Virus record (IMG/VR): IMGVR_UViG_2778261223_000007 | Location: 12,132 to 76,131 of that record | Length of the DNA: 64,000 nt | Strand: one strand, 5' to 3' | Source: a virus | Taxonomy: Duplodnaviria > Heunggongvirae > Uroviricota > Caudoviricetes | Shown here: in pieces, positions 29,801-36,920 of the stretch | How positions within the stretch are numbered: the first letter of the stretch is position 1 | How the letters are laid out: every line of letters starts with the position of its first letter | The notes under the pieces: model-generated | Databases searched by the model: none | What the model was told of the DNA's origin: nothing | The model's input: only the letters and a program-made list of their open reading frames with translations | Made by a program: the position numbers and the translations under genes

Positions 29801-30721
29801 TTCCGCAAACCGTCCGGAGAAGGTCTGGAATCATTCTGGAGGACCGTGCTGGCATACCGTTTATTCCAGGGCAGGATGAAAGCCTTTAGCAATATCGATG
29901 ATATTGAACGGATGTTTAATCAGGTCAAGATCGCGAAAATTAAGGCGAAGATCGAAAAAACACGTTCTGCGCTGGTGGCCTGGCGCGATGCATTGTTTGA
30001 GCAATATAAATCACTCAGTGATGCAGATGGATGGGCGGCATTGGAACAGCTGGCGAATAATGGGGTAGATGGAGCGAAACTCGCCATTGTTCAGGCTGAT
30101 AACCCCCTGGAATCACCGGCAGCACAGTGGATTAAGGTGGGGGCTGTCATCAATGCATTTGATGAAAAACACATTAGTAAGGACGATTTTGCTGATGCTG
30201 TTTCTGTTAATCGCCTGGTAGAAATGGCTACCCGCCGCGCCCGTGAGTTGAAAGACGGCGACTATGTGAATGAGTTGCCGGATACGCTCAAATCGGCAAC
30301 GTGGCAGGACTATGTATCGCTGAAAAACGGCGGGGCCACTGAATCAGAGATCGCGGAAAGGCTTGAGCAGGCTGAAAGCAAAAGAGAAGAGCAGGCGGCA
30401 GTGGCTGAAGCCAGAGCTGATGAAGCGGCGAATGATGACTATATCATTGTGGTTAATGATAAGCCGATTCGCGCTAAGGCGCGTGTTCGCGGGCGCTGGT
30501 GGAGCGTCAGCGAGGACGTTGGCGCGGTTTATCTCATTGCCGACCAACCAGGTTCCTCGACAATACGGAACGCCAAAGACGCGATTAAGAAGATTGGCGG
30601 GCGTTTCTGGAATTTTGAAGCAAACCCGGTTGCTGATGTGAACTTTGACCGTCCTGCATGGATGGTATCTACGCGTTACTCGGTAGATGAACTGCGTAAA
30701 ATAATCGCCGATGCGGCCTAA
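23885..30721 (+). CDS. darB: DarB-like antirestriction protein: N-terminal N6-adenine methyltransferase domain fused to an SNF2/DEAD-like helicase
   Basis: 2278 aa, starting at TTG with a strong SD (GAGGGGGAAA). It has an MTase region (GNVPFG), Walker A (GFGTGLGKTT), a DEGH box (VIADEGHNY) and helicase motif VI (QRNGRGARVGS). P1 DarB is 2255 aa. Confidence 0.85.
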   Translation: MDKLLHSISEASSLGELIEIVSRLHKLRAVATFGVRKADGVSIQKTRRAANNAAVNLLNSLPPGFDGAKLTDEQRQILAGYTGEGGLTDGEGSQYEYYTPQFMAEGIWDLFADYGIDGGHVLEPSAGTGIFQETKRQGMIMTSAELSPISGRINQLLHPEDDVNIGAFEALAAKDAMYDHAVGNVPFGEGRSGVAGLDPAYANEKNVGNYFVLRTIDKVKPGGLIVLVVPNGMTDGTKYKKLRDKVSRKAEFLGAHRMPSGTFSESGTDTVVDVWVLRKHPETFLEMIPDTDDSTLKSANVLWDTFLKGKWFTTEGKRFVYGDMERASFRNTLVVKKDGRVSNESMKTALSRRFDSRINWDLLGVTTQAWQGAKVGDKRLVGGIWHEFDGLKWVKDTTTKSSALDVSRYGVSTFGDLQIAFQSTNGILALSWDQISAIASDYPSVVSDEVAAMIRFAGKQREKDRERVMRGALIGQLINKALDLRNLGVNVDDKLADASRLAAAEVAKYGPPHAIKLNGLAEAGAKNWMTFTGNVKQDGSTSDLLAGRLDVTDGAAGIDFTRPEQVIAHLFSDVALNPITLGDFREAFAGELPEDDDAALEYLAKFDDIAIDGYGCLLPMDRATSGDVATKTALLVGWRDASTGEQKANFERQLAKIEEKRIFTPLNKVTVNLNARWLDRRLIKEFLAEQGYDEFKYTEPDLKVVDGILVSPDDYEGKDGVFTGYQLRTVNGKNGNEFKKANNKDGFLNQLENYLNGVKPRGQNANEYLDKIAQLEVSFNDWLRTHPQADQIARDYNDAFNGFIPFTHSDAPLGLEGISGKRIPLTYQNEEVRRLSEDGRGIMGFGTGLGKTTTALALEAYNFETGRTKRTCIVVPKAVYQNWYHEAQSFYSADAFANMMFIGLDEVRDDSGNILTAPVLDENGEPRLDSNGQPLTRNVVKESSSAVIVQRMNMIPSSNWRTVIMTKEQFASIPLREKTIEENSQQAVFNAVEMGRLDLASGKHRDAQKKNKIKDQAANTGTTKKQNIPYFEDMNFDSVIADEGHNYRNSFNAGREAGQLAYLPNPAVSKMARDMAVKAAYMMKRNNGRGVVMLTATPLVNSPIDAFNMLSTVIPQEEWMRMGIITPDDFVRVFGKTATVQVQKISGEVEEKQGLVGFQNLDGLRGIFHRWATLKTAADVGATVKIPDIIENTLQIPMTGEQETAYEELRKRAQELSRNDELTVDENGHITNDKPDDFIFSIIRDMDKVAIDPDLYASAITFQFPVELADQVKAIADALPKVAGGKVADDVDEAEEDGAGGLVSTRTSKVVKTAFSEHPTHVEIRASIELEAEILKAIAAAGIDMQQVSHPIPPKYAALIENLREGLKNGKQIVFIDEKAQHQKLRRIIASALQMPEQEIGIINATTVSQAGGIKLKKVNKPTEPTPNKNGEYKEGAWETYYSKLAQYEDYLSAKNDAGLEGMEGIAADYNEGRTRIIICNKKAEVGINLHIGTTDIHHLTLPWTPASIDQRNGRGARVGSPQEKVNVHYYCGKGTFDDFRLDTLKRKKDWIKMVMTSDMSEIANGDADDADERAIMLAANPEERRAIMARQAQEREERLKLKAQREANNALDIYLKAANAAGKDIGMMETELKSAMEQIEYYQRNLDDLIKAGTNRNGQKYALEQLSSYRKRARVLRFAITRAKDADTIMKRSRGDVERAIKSGVLDISIDVIQNPQEYMRTDKNILLHKGSYYRAVIDDRETTAIVRVEKIDGEKAQYLCRIAWLDRASRYARAPGSIVTLPFDSVIEAVTFEEGVAESRATAARGVQCHQLSTILTRDQFYDAIRNGVMNVIAGKPGNAWGGGSAIKYWAYRTDDGQIALSSAYDGVIGQKIGRASDIAPERWIYPDGNDEALKREVAKIQASDNPLNIVDGEGFLQALYGYDYIQGMQAWGAQATMDDVAQEFENWMAGRGLSGRSLNKVTSEDILSLFRKPSGEGLESFWRTVLAYRLFQGRMKAFSNIDDIERMFNQVKIAKIKAKIEKTRSALVAWRDALFEQYKSLSDADGWAALEQLANNGVDGAKLAIVQADNPLESPAAQWIKVGAVINAFDEKHISKDDFADAVSVNRLVEMATRRARELKDGDYVNELPDTLKSATWQDYVSLKNGGATESEIAERLEQAESKREEQAAVAEARADEAANDDYIIVVNDKPIRAKARVRGRWWSVSEDVGAVYLIADQPGSSTIRNAKDAIKKIGGRFWNFEANPVADVNFDRPAWMVSTRYSVDELRKIIADAA

Positions 30722-30757
30722 CAGATAAGGAGCGGCCCCAACTGGGGCCGAATTTGA

Positions 30758-31192
30758 ATGACGACATTAATTGACACTGTAAAACCGACGGAATCCTACC
30801 TTGAGGACATTTTGCCGCAGGCGCTCAATGGCAGGAGTGAAGAGGCGTTTCTGGATGCATATCTGAATGGCATGGTGGAAAGGCTGAAACGAGATCCACA
30901 GCTTTATCACCTTTATGGGCCGTGGTGGCCTGCGCTTAAAACGTTATTGCTGGAGCGCGGCGACATATCATTTGGACAAGTGGTAGATAGTGATGTGGCA
31001 GAGATCTACAAAATGAGTCGCCCGGCGCTTACGGTTTTGGCTGGGCATCTGTATTCGAGCGATCGCCTGGAAAATGACGCGGTATACAATCCTGTTCATG
31101 CTCTGGAAGTCGCACCTTATGCCGATGATACAGAGCCATACGTGTACACAAGTTACGACGAGTCTATAGAGAAATATCGAATTATGGGGTAG
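30758..31192 (+). CDS. hypothetical protein
   Basis: 144-aa ORF in the same direction as darB. Confidence 0.5.
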   Translation: MTTLIDTVKPTESYLEDILPQALNGRSEEAFLDAYLNGMVERLKRDPQLYHLYGPWWPALKTLLLERGDISFGQVVDSDVAEIYKMSRPALTVLAGHLYSSDRLENDAVYNPVHALEVAPYADDTEPYVYTSYDESIEKYRIMG

Positions 31193-31194
31193 CC

Positions 31195-31455
31195 ATGCGA
31201 AAGAATCGTAGGTTTACGGTCGAAGACCTAAAGGAATATTCCATATCGAAGGGGTATATCCTTGAGTTCCACCGATACAAGAAGGTTTTTACGCTGCGAA
31301 AAGCAGAAAACCCTGCGAACTGGAGCTGGATATACTTTCCTCACACCGATGATAAGTTGGTAGAACTTGTTGATGATTTAACCTATGAAGGTTGGTTGAT
31401 CGCAATCGACAAGACAATCAAAGAATTATCCGAACAGGATAAAATAACCCTTTAA
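31195..31455 (+). CDS. hypothetical protein
   Basis: 86-aa ORF whose start overlaps the previous stop. Confidence 0.45.
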   Translation: MRKNRRFTVEDLKEYSISKGYILEFHRYKKVFTLRKAENPANWSWIYFPHTDDKLVELVDDLTYEGWLIAIDKTIKELSEQDKITL

Positions 31456-31591
31456 AAATAACAGGTTGGGTAAATGCCATGCGATTTACCCTCCTTGTTG
31501 ATTAAGGTCGCTCTTTACTCTAAAAGCAAATCCGACCTGTTGCATATAGACCATCCTTGAGTAGTATCTCTCTTGTTTTACAAATCTAACG

Positions 31592-32086
31592 TTGTTGTTA
31601 TTATTTCGCATATTTACTATCAATTGGTGTGTTAGAAAAATAGCGCGAAAGAGAAGGCGTCGCAGTGAATATTCTGAAACATCCCCACATGCCGCAGCTC
31701 TTAGAGAACTGGAGAAAAACCCAGATCTAATCAAAAGGAACCATGAGCATTACGAGCAGGTTCGCGTCCTGGACTGGATGTATCGCAATATGCGTTATGT
31801 GTATGAGCATACTCACGCCACTCCAAACGGTGGCCTGCGAGGCATAAGGACGGCAATAAAAATGGTGGCAGAGGGCCAAAAGAAGGGATATCCCGATCTT
31901 TCTATAGACCTTGCTTGTGGGGGATACCACGGAATGCGCATTGAGATGAAACATGGGAGAAATCGCCTGACTCCCGAACAACTCGTCTGGATGACTCGCC
32001 TCACAGAAGCCGGTTACTACTGCTTTGAGGCGCGCAGTGCCGCTGAAGCCATAAAAGCTATCACGGAGTATGTTTGTCTTGATTAA
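31592..32086 (+). CDS. VRR-NUC domain nuclease-like protein. The true start is probably internal: TTG starts, with the ATGs at 31778 and 31790 as alternatives.
   Basis: C-terminal motif GIRTAIKMVAEGQKKGYPDLSIDLACGGYHGMRIEMKHGRNRLTPEQLVW matches VRR-NUC (G.KG.PDL...IE.K...S..Q..W). Confidence 0.6.
   Translation: MLLLFRIFTINWCVRKIARKRRRRSEYSETSPHAAALRELEKNPDLIKRNHEHYEQVRVLDWMYRNMRYVYEHTHATPNGGLRGIRTAIKMVAEGQKKGYPDLSIDLACGGYHGMRIEMKHGRNRLTPEQLVWMTRLTEAGYYCFEARSAAEAIKAITEYVCLD
31629..31646 (+). promoter_or_regulatory. partial C1-type operator-like motif
   Basis: GTGTTAGAAAAATAGCGC. The first 11 nt match the consensus. Confidence 0.3.
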
Positions 32087-32100
32087 ACGGAGAAATCGTT

Positions 32101-32301
32101 TTGCGTTTACATAACGTGGCAGAACTTATCCCTGCAGGAACTAATGCTATCGCTCGTCGTCGCTCATGGCAGCAGGCTCTATGTATTGAGATCTCGAAAC
32201 GTATCAATGGAAGTTTTGAAGCTCGCAATATTGTTACTGGCGATAAGGTTCACATAACCCCGGAAAGTGCAAGCGCTGATGATTGGGAGTTTGTACATTG
32301 A
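32101..32301 (+). CDS. small DUF2829-like protein
   Basis: 66 aa with a TTG start (alternative GTG at 32116). It has ARRRSWQQ and the C-terminal motif ITPESASADDWEFV. Confidence 0.4.
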   Translation: MRLHNVAELIPAGTNAIARRRSWQQALCIEISKRINGSFEARNIVTGDKVHITPESASADDWEFVH

Positions 32302-32597
32302 GCAAAAAATATTATGTGAGTCTGGCGTTCGCTGACGATGCGGGGAGGACGCGGAGTATCACGTTGAGCACACCGGTTCAGGCTGTGACAGCGCCGTTAA
32401 TCCGTGAAGCTCTCAGAGAGCTGGAATTGGGTGAAAACTCGGCACTGTTGTCGGTTAGTTGGTTAGGGAAAATGTCAGAGAAACAATACGTGGATGGAGT
32501 TACCCCAATAACAGTAATGAGGCTACTTTCATTGCTGCAATGGGCCATCGTACCTGTATTTATCGCGTATCTTATTTATCAGGCTGCAACACAGTAA
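32298..32597 (+). CDS. small C-terminally membrane-anchored protein
   Basis: The track ORF is 32283..32597. A TTG at 32298 overlaps the upstream stop. The C-terminus has a TM segment (AIVPVFIAYLIY). Confidence 0.4.
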   Translation: MSKKYYVSLAFADDAGRTRSITLSTPVQAVTAPLIREALRELELGENSALLSVSWLGKMSEKQYVDGVTPITVMRLLSLLQWAIVPVFIAYLIYQAATQ

Positions 32598-32604
32598 TTG
32601 CATA

Positions 32605-32634
32605 AAAACCCGCCAATTAGCGGGTTTTTTGTTT
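32605..32634 (+). terminator. rho-independent terminator
   Basis: AACCCGC-CAATTA-GCGGGTT followed by TTTTT. Confidence 0.8.
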
Positions 32635-32671
32635 ATTGCATCTTCCGATACCGTCATCAAACTAATAAAAT

Positions 32672-32689
32672 ATGTTAGAAAACTAATTT
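32672..32689 (+). promoter_or_regulatory. C1-type operator-like motif
   Basis: ATGTTAGAAAACTAATTT, lying 22 nt upstream of the next gene. Confidence 0.45.
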
Positions 32690-32710
32690 AACAAAGTGAC
32701 GGGAACAGCA

Positions 32711-33919
32711 ATGAGTCAACACACTGATACTTCTAATCTGGAAATTATCTCGACAGCAATTGAAACGCTGCGCACACAAATCGCTCTTATACAGAAACGG
32801 AATCCTGGTGATGACCTGTCAAAGCGACTGCACGAGAGTGTCATTGCCACTACAGATAACCTGGTGGCGGAAATCAACAAGCTGCTTGATGATGGGGCAG
32901 TTGATTACAATAAGCTGGTGGATCAGTTTGAGGAATACCAACAAGCCGTTAATGATGGCTTGATCCGTTTTTCACAAGTCACAGGCGTATCAGCGACAGT
33001 TGAAAGCCTGGGTGATGCAGTTAATCAATTTGCCACGAATATGCGTAATGAGATCGGCAATCTGGAAGCGCGTCTTGAACAGGCAAATACACTGCGTAAA
33101 TCTGCTGAAGCCGATTTGAACCGTTACAAAAAAGACTATCCGCCCACCCTGACAAAGCGGCTGGATGTTGCGGAGAAGGATAACCGCACGCTGAAAAGAG
33201 AGCGCCGGGAACTAAAAGAGCGTTTAACCAAGCTCAATCAGCAATGCATTGATTATCAAGGCGAAGGCGTCACACTGCGTAAAAAGTTGGCTACAGCGCA
33301 GAGCATTATCGAAACATTAAAGCGAGAGTGCTCACAGCTTGGTCACGATCTGAACCGTGCTTGTGGCATGGGACAAAGACCAGAGACATTTCCACTTATG
33401 TATGACGGAAGGGATGCCATTGCCTACATCCATGAGTATCCGCACGGCCTGGTTGCGGAAACTGGGCAGCGTGGCGAAGCACTGCTGACGGCTAATTACC
33501 ATCAACAAATCAGAACCAATCGCCTGTTAACGATGGATGTGATCCCATCGGTATGGGGAACGCCGCTTTACTATCGCCTGCCGGGCTTCGAAAAGGACTG
33601 GAATACCGACATAGACGAATGTCTCGCAGATAAAATTATGGCGTACCTGGAGACGGATTTTCCGCGCTTATATCGCCGGATTATGGACTCAAAGGATGCG
33701 CCAATCGATGAATTAAAAATGCGTCCGGAGACGCTGGAGGCAATCAAGCAGACGGAGTTTGATACTGTATTCAGTGTGGCCTGCATTCCAAGCTGTTTCC
33801 ATGAAAGCATTCCGTTCATGCAAGGAGATCGTCGTCAGGAAATCATTGACGCTTGCCGGGTATGGGCGAACGAATGGGATAAGAAGAATGGGGGTGTAGA
33901 AGATCTTTACGGGAAGTAA
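32711..33919 (+). CDS. coiled-coil protein with a C-terminal globular domain of unknown function (early, repressor-controlled)
   Basis: 402 aa from the ATG at 32711 (the track ORF starts at the GTG at 32696). The N-terminal 200 aa are heptad-rich, and an operator-like motif lies upstream. Confidence 0.55.
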   Translation: MSQHTDTSNLEIISTAIETLRTQIALIQKRNPGDDLSKRLHESVIATTDNLVAEINKLLDDGAVDYNKLVDQFEEYQQAVNDGLIRFSQVTGVSATVESLGDAVNQFATNMRNEIGNLEARLEQANTLRKSAEADLNRYKKDYPPTLTKRLDVAEKDNRTLKRERRELKERLTKLNQQCIDYQGEGVTLRKKLATAQSIIETLKRECSQLGHDLNRACGMGQRPETFPLMYDGRDAIAYIHEYPHGLVAETGQRGEALLTANYHQQIRTNRLLTMDVIPSVWGTPLYYRLPGFEKDWNTDIDECLADKIMAYLETDFPRLYRRIMDSKDAPIDELKMRPETLEAIKQTEFDTVFSVACIPSCFHESIPFMQGDRRQEIIDACRVWANEWDKKNGGVEDLYGK

Positions 33920-33920
33920 T

Positions 33921-33938
33921 GTGTTAGAAATCTAAAAT
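33921..33938 (+). promoter_or_regulatory. C1-type operator-like motif
   Basis: GTGTTAGAAATCTAAAAT. Confidence 0.4.
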
Positions 33939-34571
33939 CACAATTCGAATGTGTTGATTGTGAAGGTAACTTAACATAGAATTTTCCTTGCTGGTGGGCG
34001 GTACCCACGTTTCGCTTGCTGGGCTTGATAGTCACTTATTGGTTATTGTTCGCCCACCAGCATTTAACAAATTAAAGCGTTAGAAAAGTATAGTAACGCA
34101 AGAGCACGCTTTGGCACTGTGCAGGCAAAAGTTCAGCAGGTTTAGTGCGGAAAGTGGTTTCAGAGAGAGCACTTTGCGGAGTAAACGACAATACATGTTG
34201 AGCCACGGAAGGTCTTTTTAAGGTGTTCATTGATGATGGTCCGGCAGAGAGTAACGGTACATGCTGCATCTAATCATCAATGCACATCTTCAACATTAAG
34301 GAGGCATAGGGATTTTTGTGGCGGTTACCTTTTGCCCTGAGTCTCCTTAATGTTGCAGTAATGCACCTATGCGGATGTGGCCTTGCATTGTGTCTTGAAA
34401 GAATGGGGTAAGGCCGGGGATATCCCCAGGGGGAGGCACTCCCGCTGCAACGAACAGCCACAGACGGCAGTCGAGTGATGGGAACGTGAAAAGACTTTAA
34501 ACCTCGTTATGGCTGGCGTGGCAAACGCGACAACCGAGACAGAGCGGTGACGGGCGGAGAGAGTGCCGCAT

Positions 34572-34693
34572 CAAGAAAGAAGCCGACTTGTGATCCCTTT
34601 CAGCGGGCATTTGAAAGTGAATCCAACTCAGGCAGTCGGCTTCTTTCTTGTGTGAGATGTAGCGTATTTGCCCATCTTCGGGTGGGCTTTTTT
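34572..34693 (+). ncRNA. candidate small structured RNA: a 17-bp perfect-stem hairpin followed by an intrinsic terminator
   Basis: CAAGAAAGAAGCCGACT (34572-34588) pairs with AGTCGGCTTCTTTCTTG (34634-34650). GCCCATC-TTCG-GGTGGGC plus TTTTTT follows at 34670-34693. Confidence 0.4.
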
Positions 34694-35153
34694 AGGGTTT
34701 TCGTCATGGTTAGCGACTTTGCGGCGGTTTAGAAACCGACCATTAAAGTAAATGCAAACGATGATCTGATGATGGTAGCGGCCTAAGAAGCCAGACGCCA
34801 CGGGGTATGAGTCGTCCCCCGTCAAAAAATCGACCGCAGAGTGTCCCCGTCTGTGTATTAGGGAACGGGGAGGCATAACAGGCAAGGGCGCTGGTGTGAT
34901 TAACCAGATGAATGAGAAGGGTCAGGTCTTTCTGGTCAGCGCCCTTACCTGTTACGTCCCTCCCGCGTAACAGCCATTGCTTAATGGCATCCTGGGGGAA
35001 TTTCTTGTAACGGGTATATCCCGTCATGCTGAAGGCGCTAATCACGCTGGAAGCCAGGGTTGTGCATCCCCTGTTACCGAATTGCAGCCAGGGCGCGGTG
35101 CGCCGAAAAGCATACGGAGGTGGAAGCCCTCGCCGGAGACGTACCCGGCAAGT

Positions 35154-35229
35154 GATGGTGTAGCTCAGCGGTTAGAGCGGTTGACTGTTAATCAACGGGT
35201 CGATGGTTCAAATCCATCCACCATCGCCA
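35154..35229 (+). tRNA. tRNA-Asn (GTT)
   Basis: Canonical cloverleaf with a 7-bp acceptor GATGGTG/CACCATC, a TTCAAAT T-loop, an encoded CCA, and the anticodon loop CTGTTAA. Confidence 0.9.
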
Positions 35230-35231
35230 AT

Positions 35232-35307
35232 GCCGGTTTAGCTCAGTTGGTAGAGCGCCTGCCTTGTAAGCAGGATGTCAGCGGTTCGAGTCCGTTAATC
35301 GGCACCA
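35232..35307 (+). tRNA. tRNA-Thr (TGT)
   Basis: Acceptor GCCGGTT/AATCGGC, T-loop TTCGAGT, encoded CCA, and anticodon loop CTTGTAA. It starts 2 nt after tRNA-Asn. Confidence 0.9.
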
Positions 35308-35315
35308 GCACAACA

Positions 35316-35389
35316 GGTAAGGGTATTTTGCGACGTCGGAGATCGCCGAGCTTGGCAGAGGGTTCGAATCCCTACGAAGTACCCTTACC
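35316..35389 (+). other. tRNA-like structured element: a 10-bp perfect stem enclosing a T-arm-like GAGGGTTCGAATCCCTA. The cloverleaf is not canonical.
   Basis: GGTAAGGGTA ... TACCCTTACC with an internal TTCGAAT T-loop consensus. There is no clean D or anticodon arm. Confidence 0.3.
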
Positions 35390-35535
35390 GTTGTGATGAA
35401 GTGCAGCTCTTTGAAGCAACCAGAAGATAAGCATCTGGCTTCACAACATAAACCGCAGGAACGACCAATAAACGGTAGTCCGTACGGAGAACACCCCGTT
35501 GAGGAAGAGGCCTGGCCGGAACCGTAACCGGCACT

Positions 35536-35627
35536 ACAACGTTGAGAACACTGGCGTAACGGGGTCATATCCCAATCTACGAATAAATGTTGCGTTGCAG
35601 CGTGACAACCAGTGTTCTCAACGTTGT
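35536..35627. repeat. 19-bp perfect inverted repeat separated by 54 nt
   Basis: ACAACGTTGAGAACACTGG at 35536-35554 and CCAGTGTTCTCAACGTTGT at 35609-35627. Confidence 0.6.
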
Positions 35628-35772
35628 GGTGGATTCGCAGGCTGATGCGATAGCTTTCTTGGATGTTAGGGAAATGCGGCCGCAAATCTTCCCTTTCGCG
35701 AGCGGTGATCGTCCGTAGTCCTAATTGGCTGCACCGTATGCCGGAGATTCAGTACCGGCCACCACAACGGCC

Positions 35773-35859
35773 GGAGAGTAGGGCGCATGGTGCTCAAGCG
35801 GTCTTGAAAACCGTCCCATTGCGCAAGCGATGATGGTTCGATTCCATTACTCTCCGCCA
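35773..35859 (+). tRNA. degenerate type-II tRNA-like gene, tRNA-Ser(TGA)-like and possibly a pseudo-tRNA
   Basis: Acceptor GGAGAGT/ACTCTCC with CCA; anticodon stem-loop GCGGT-CTTGAAA-ACCGT; long variable arm; T-arm GATGG-TTCGATT-CCATT. The D-arm is irregular. Confidence 0.35.
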
Positions 35860-36126
35860 GCGCAACGTTAAGAGTATTTGGCTAATTAAGCGAATGCCGG
35901 AAGCAGAACCGGATCACCAAATGCGTACAGGCGTCATCGCCGCCCAGCCAGCCAAGTGCTCTTACCATTGCGGTGAATGCGGCTAAGCGCACGCGGAACA
36001 GTTAAAACAATCCTCCTTAGTGGTTAAGTCAAAAATCCCGGCGTTAATTGTTAACTGGTTAACGTCACCTGGAGGCACCAGGCACCGCAACCTAATAAAT
36101 ACGTCATGTTTATTGAGGGATAACCA

Positions 36127-36561
36127 ATGTTCGGTAAATTTTTCGGTAAGAAAGTCGCTTCAGCAAAAGTAGAGCTGAAAAGGGTTGAGAATCGCGATCT
36201 GATGGAGGCCATTATCGGTGGCTGTTTGTTGGTGTCTGCCGCAGATGGTGAAATCGAAAAGGAAGAAACAGCGAAACTTGATCAGCTTGTCCGCTCTAAT
36301 CCTCGCTTAAGTCATTTTGGCAACGAAATTACCGCAACAATCACCCGTTTTACTGAGCAACTGGAAGCTGGTTTCCGTGTTGGTCGCATGAATATCCTTC
36401 GCGAAATTGAAGATATCAAAAATGATCCAAAAGAAGCGGAAGAAGTATTCGTTAACATGCTGACGATTGCAGAAGCGGACGGTGAAATCGAGCCAGCAGA
36501 ACACAAAGTACTGGAAGAAGTAGGCCGTCGTTTGGGCCTTCGTGTGGAAGATTATCTGTAA
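36127..36561 (+). CDS. tciA: TerB-like protein (TciA-like, tellurite/phage-exclusion family)
   Basis: 144 aa with duplicated acidic motifs LLVSAADGEIEKEE and LTIAEADGEIEPAEHKVLEEVGRRLGL typical of TerB. Confidence 0.7.
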   Translation: MFGKFFGKKVASAKVELKRVENRDLMEAIIGGCLLVSAADGEIEKEETAKLDQLVRSNPRLSHFGNEITATITRFTEQLEAGFRVGRMNILREIEDIKNDPKEAEEVFVNMLTIAEADGEIEPAEHKVLEEVGRRLGLRVEDYL

Positions 36562-36725
36562 TGATTGGCAAGGCGCGTATTGCGTGCGCCATTGGTTTTC
36601 TCGTTTTGTCCGTGCTGGTGGATTTCACCAGCAAAGTGATGTCGGTGTTGGCTGATGGGGCACTGGTTTCAGTAGCTGTGGTATTGCTATTGCCGATTAT
36701 TAAAGCTGCGTTCAGGAACTCATGA
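36561..36725 (+). CDS. small membrane peptide (TciB position)
   Basis: 54-aa ORF not in the track (MIGKARIACAIGFLVLSVLVDF...). It has two hydrophobic segments and is coupled to the tciA stop (TAATG). Confidence 0.45.
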   Translation: MIGKARIACAIGFLVLSVLVDFTSKVMSVLADGALVSVAVVLLLPIIKAAFRNS

Positions 36726-36835
36726 TGGATTTTTGGACGTATATTGATAAGAACCCTGGATGGTCTTTGCTATTTCTGCTTGTGATCGTATACGGAGTAG
36801 AACAAGTAGCGAAGAATCTCAGGCGTCGAAAATAA
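36722..36835 (+). CDS. small membrane peptide (TciC position)
   Basis: 37-aa ORF (MMDFWTYIDKNPGWSLLFLLVIVYGVEQVAKNLRRRK) overlapping the previous stop. Confidence 0.4.
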   Translation: MMDFWTYIDKNPGWSLLFLLVIVYGVEQVAKNLRRRK

Positions 36836-36844
36836 AAACTAATT

Positions 36845-36920
36845 GGCCCCTTAGCTCAGTGGTTAGAGCTGGCGACTCATAATCGCACGGTCACCGGTTC
36901 AAGTCCGGTAGGGGCCACCA
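36845..36920 (+). tRNA. tRNA with CAT anticodon (Met or lysidine-modified Ile2 type)
   Basis: Perfect 7-bp acceptor GGCCCCT/AGGGGCC, D-arm GCTC-AGTGGTTA-GAGC, anticodon loop CTCATAA, T-loop TTCAAGT, encoded CCA. Confidence 0.85.

Noticed and set aside
24189-29892. Numerous 60-283 aa ORFs on the minus strand inside darB (for example 27530..28381, 25207..25776, 28565..29161)
   Set aside because: All are antisense to a 6.8-kb gene with continuous helicase/MTase motifs. They are typical shadow ORFs of GC-rich coding DNA.
31486-31734. 82-aa minus-strand ORF upstream of the VRR-NUC gene
   Set aside because: It overlaps an operator-like motif and the promoter region, has Asn-run low complexity, and lacks an SD.
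34072-35685. Cluster of 60-140 aa ORFs on both strands around the tRNAs (34072..34269, 34270..34461, 34547..35045, 34977..35396, 35278..35685)
   Set aside because: They overlap tRNA genes and long perfect hairpins and have no RBS. The region is better explained as RNA-coding or structured DNA.
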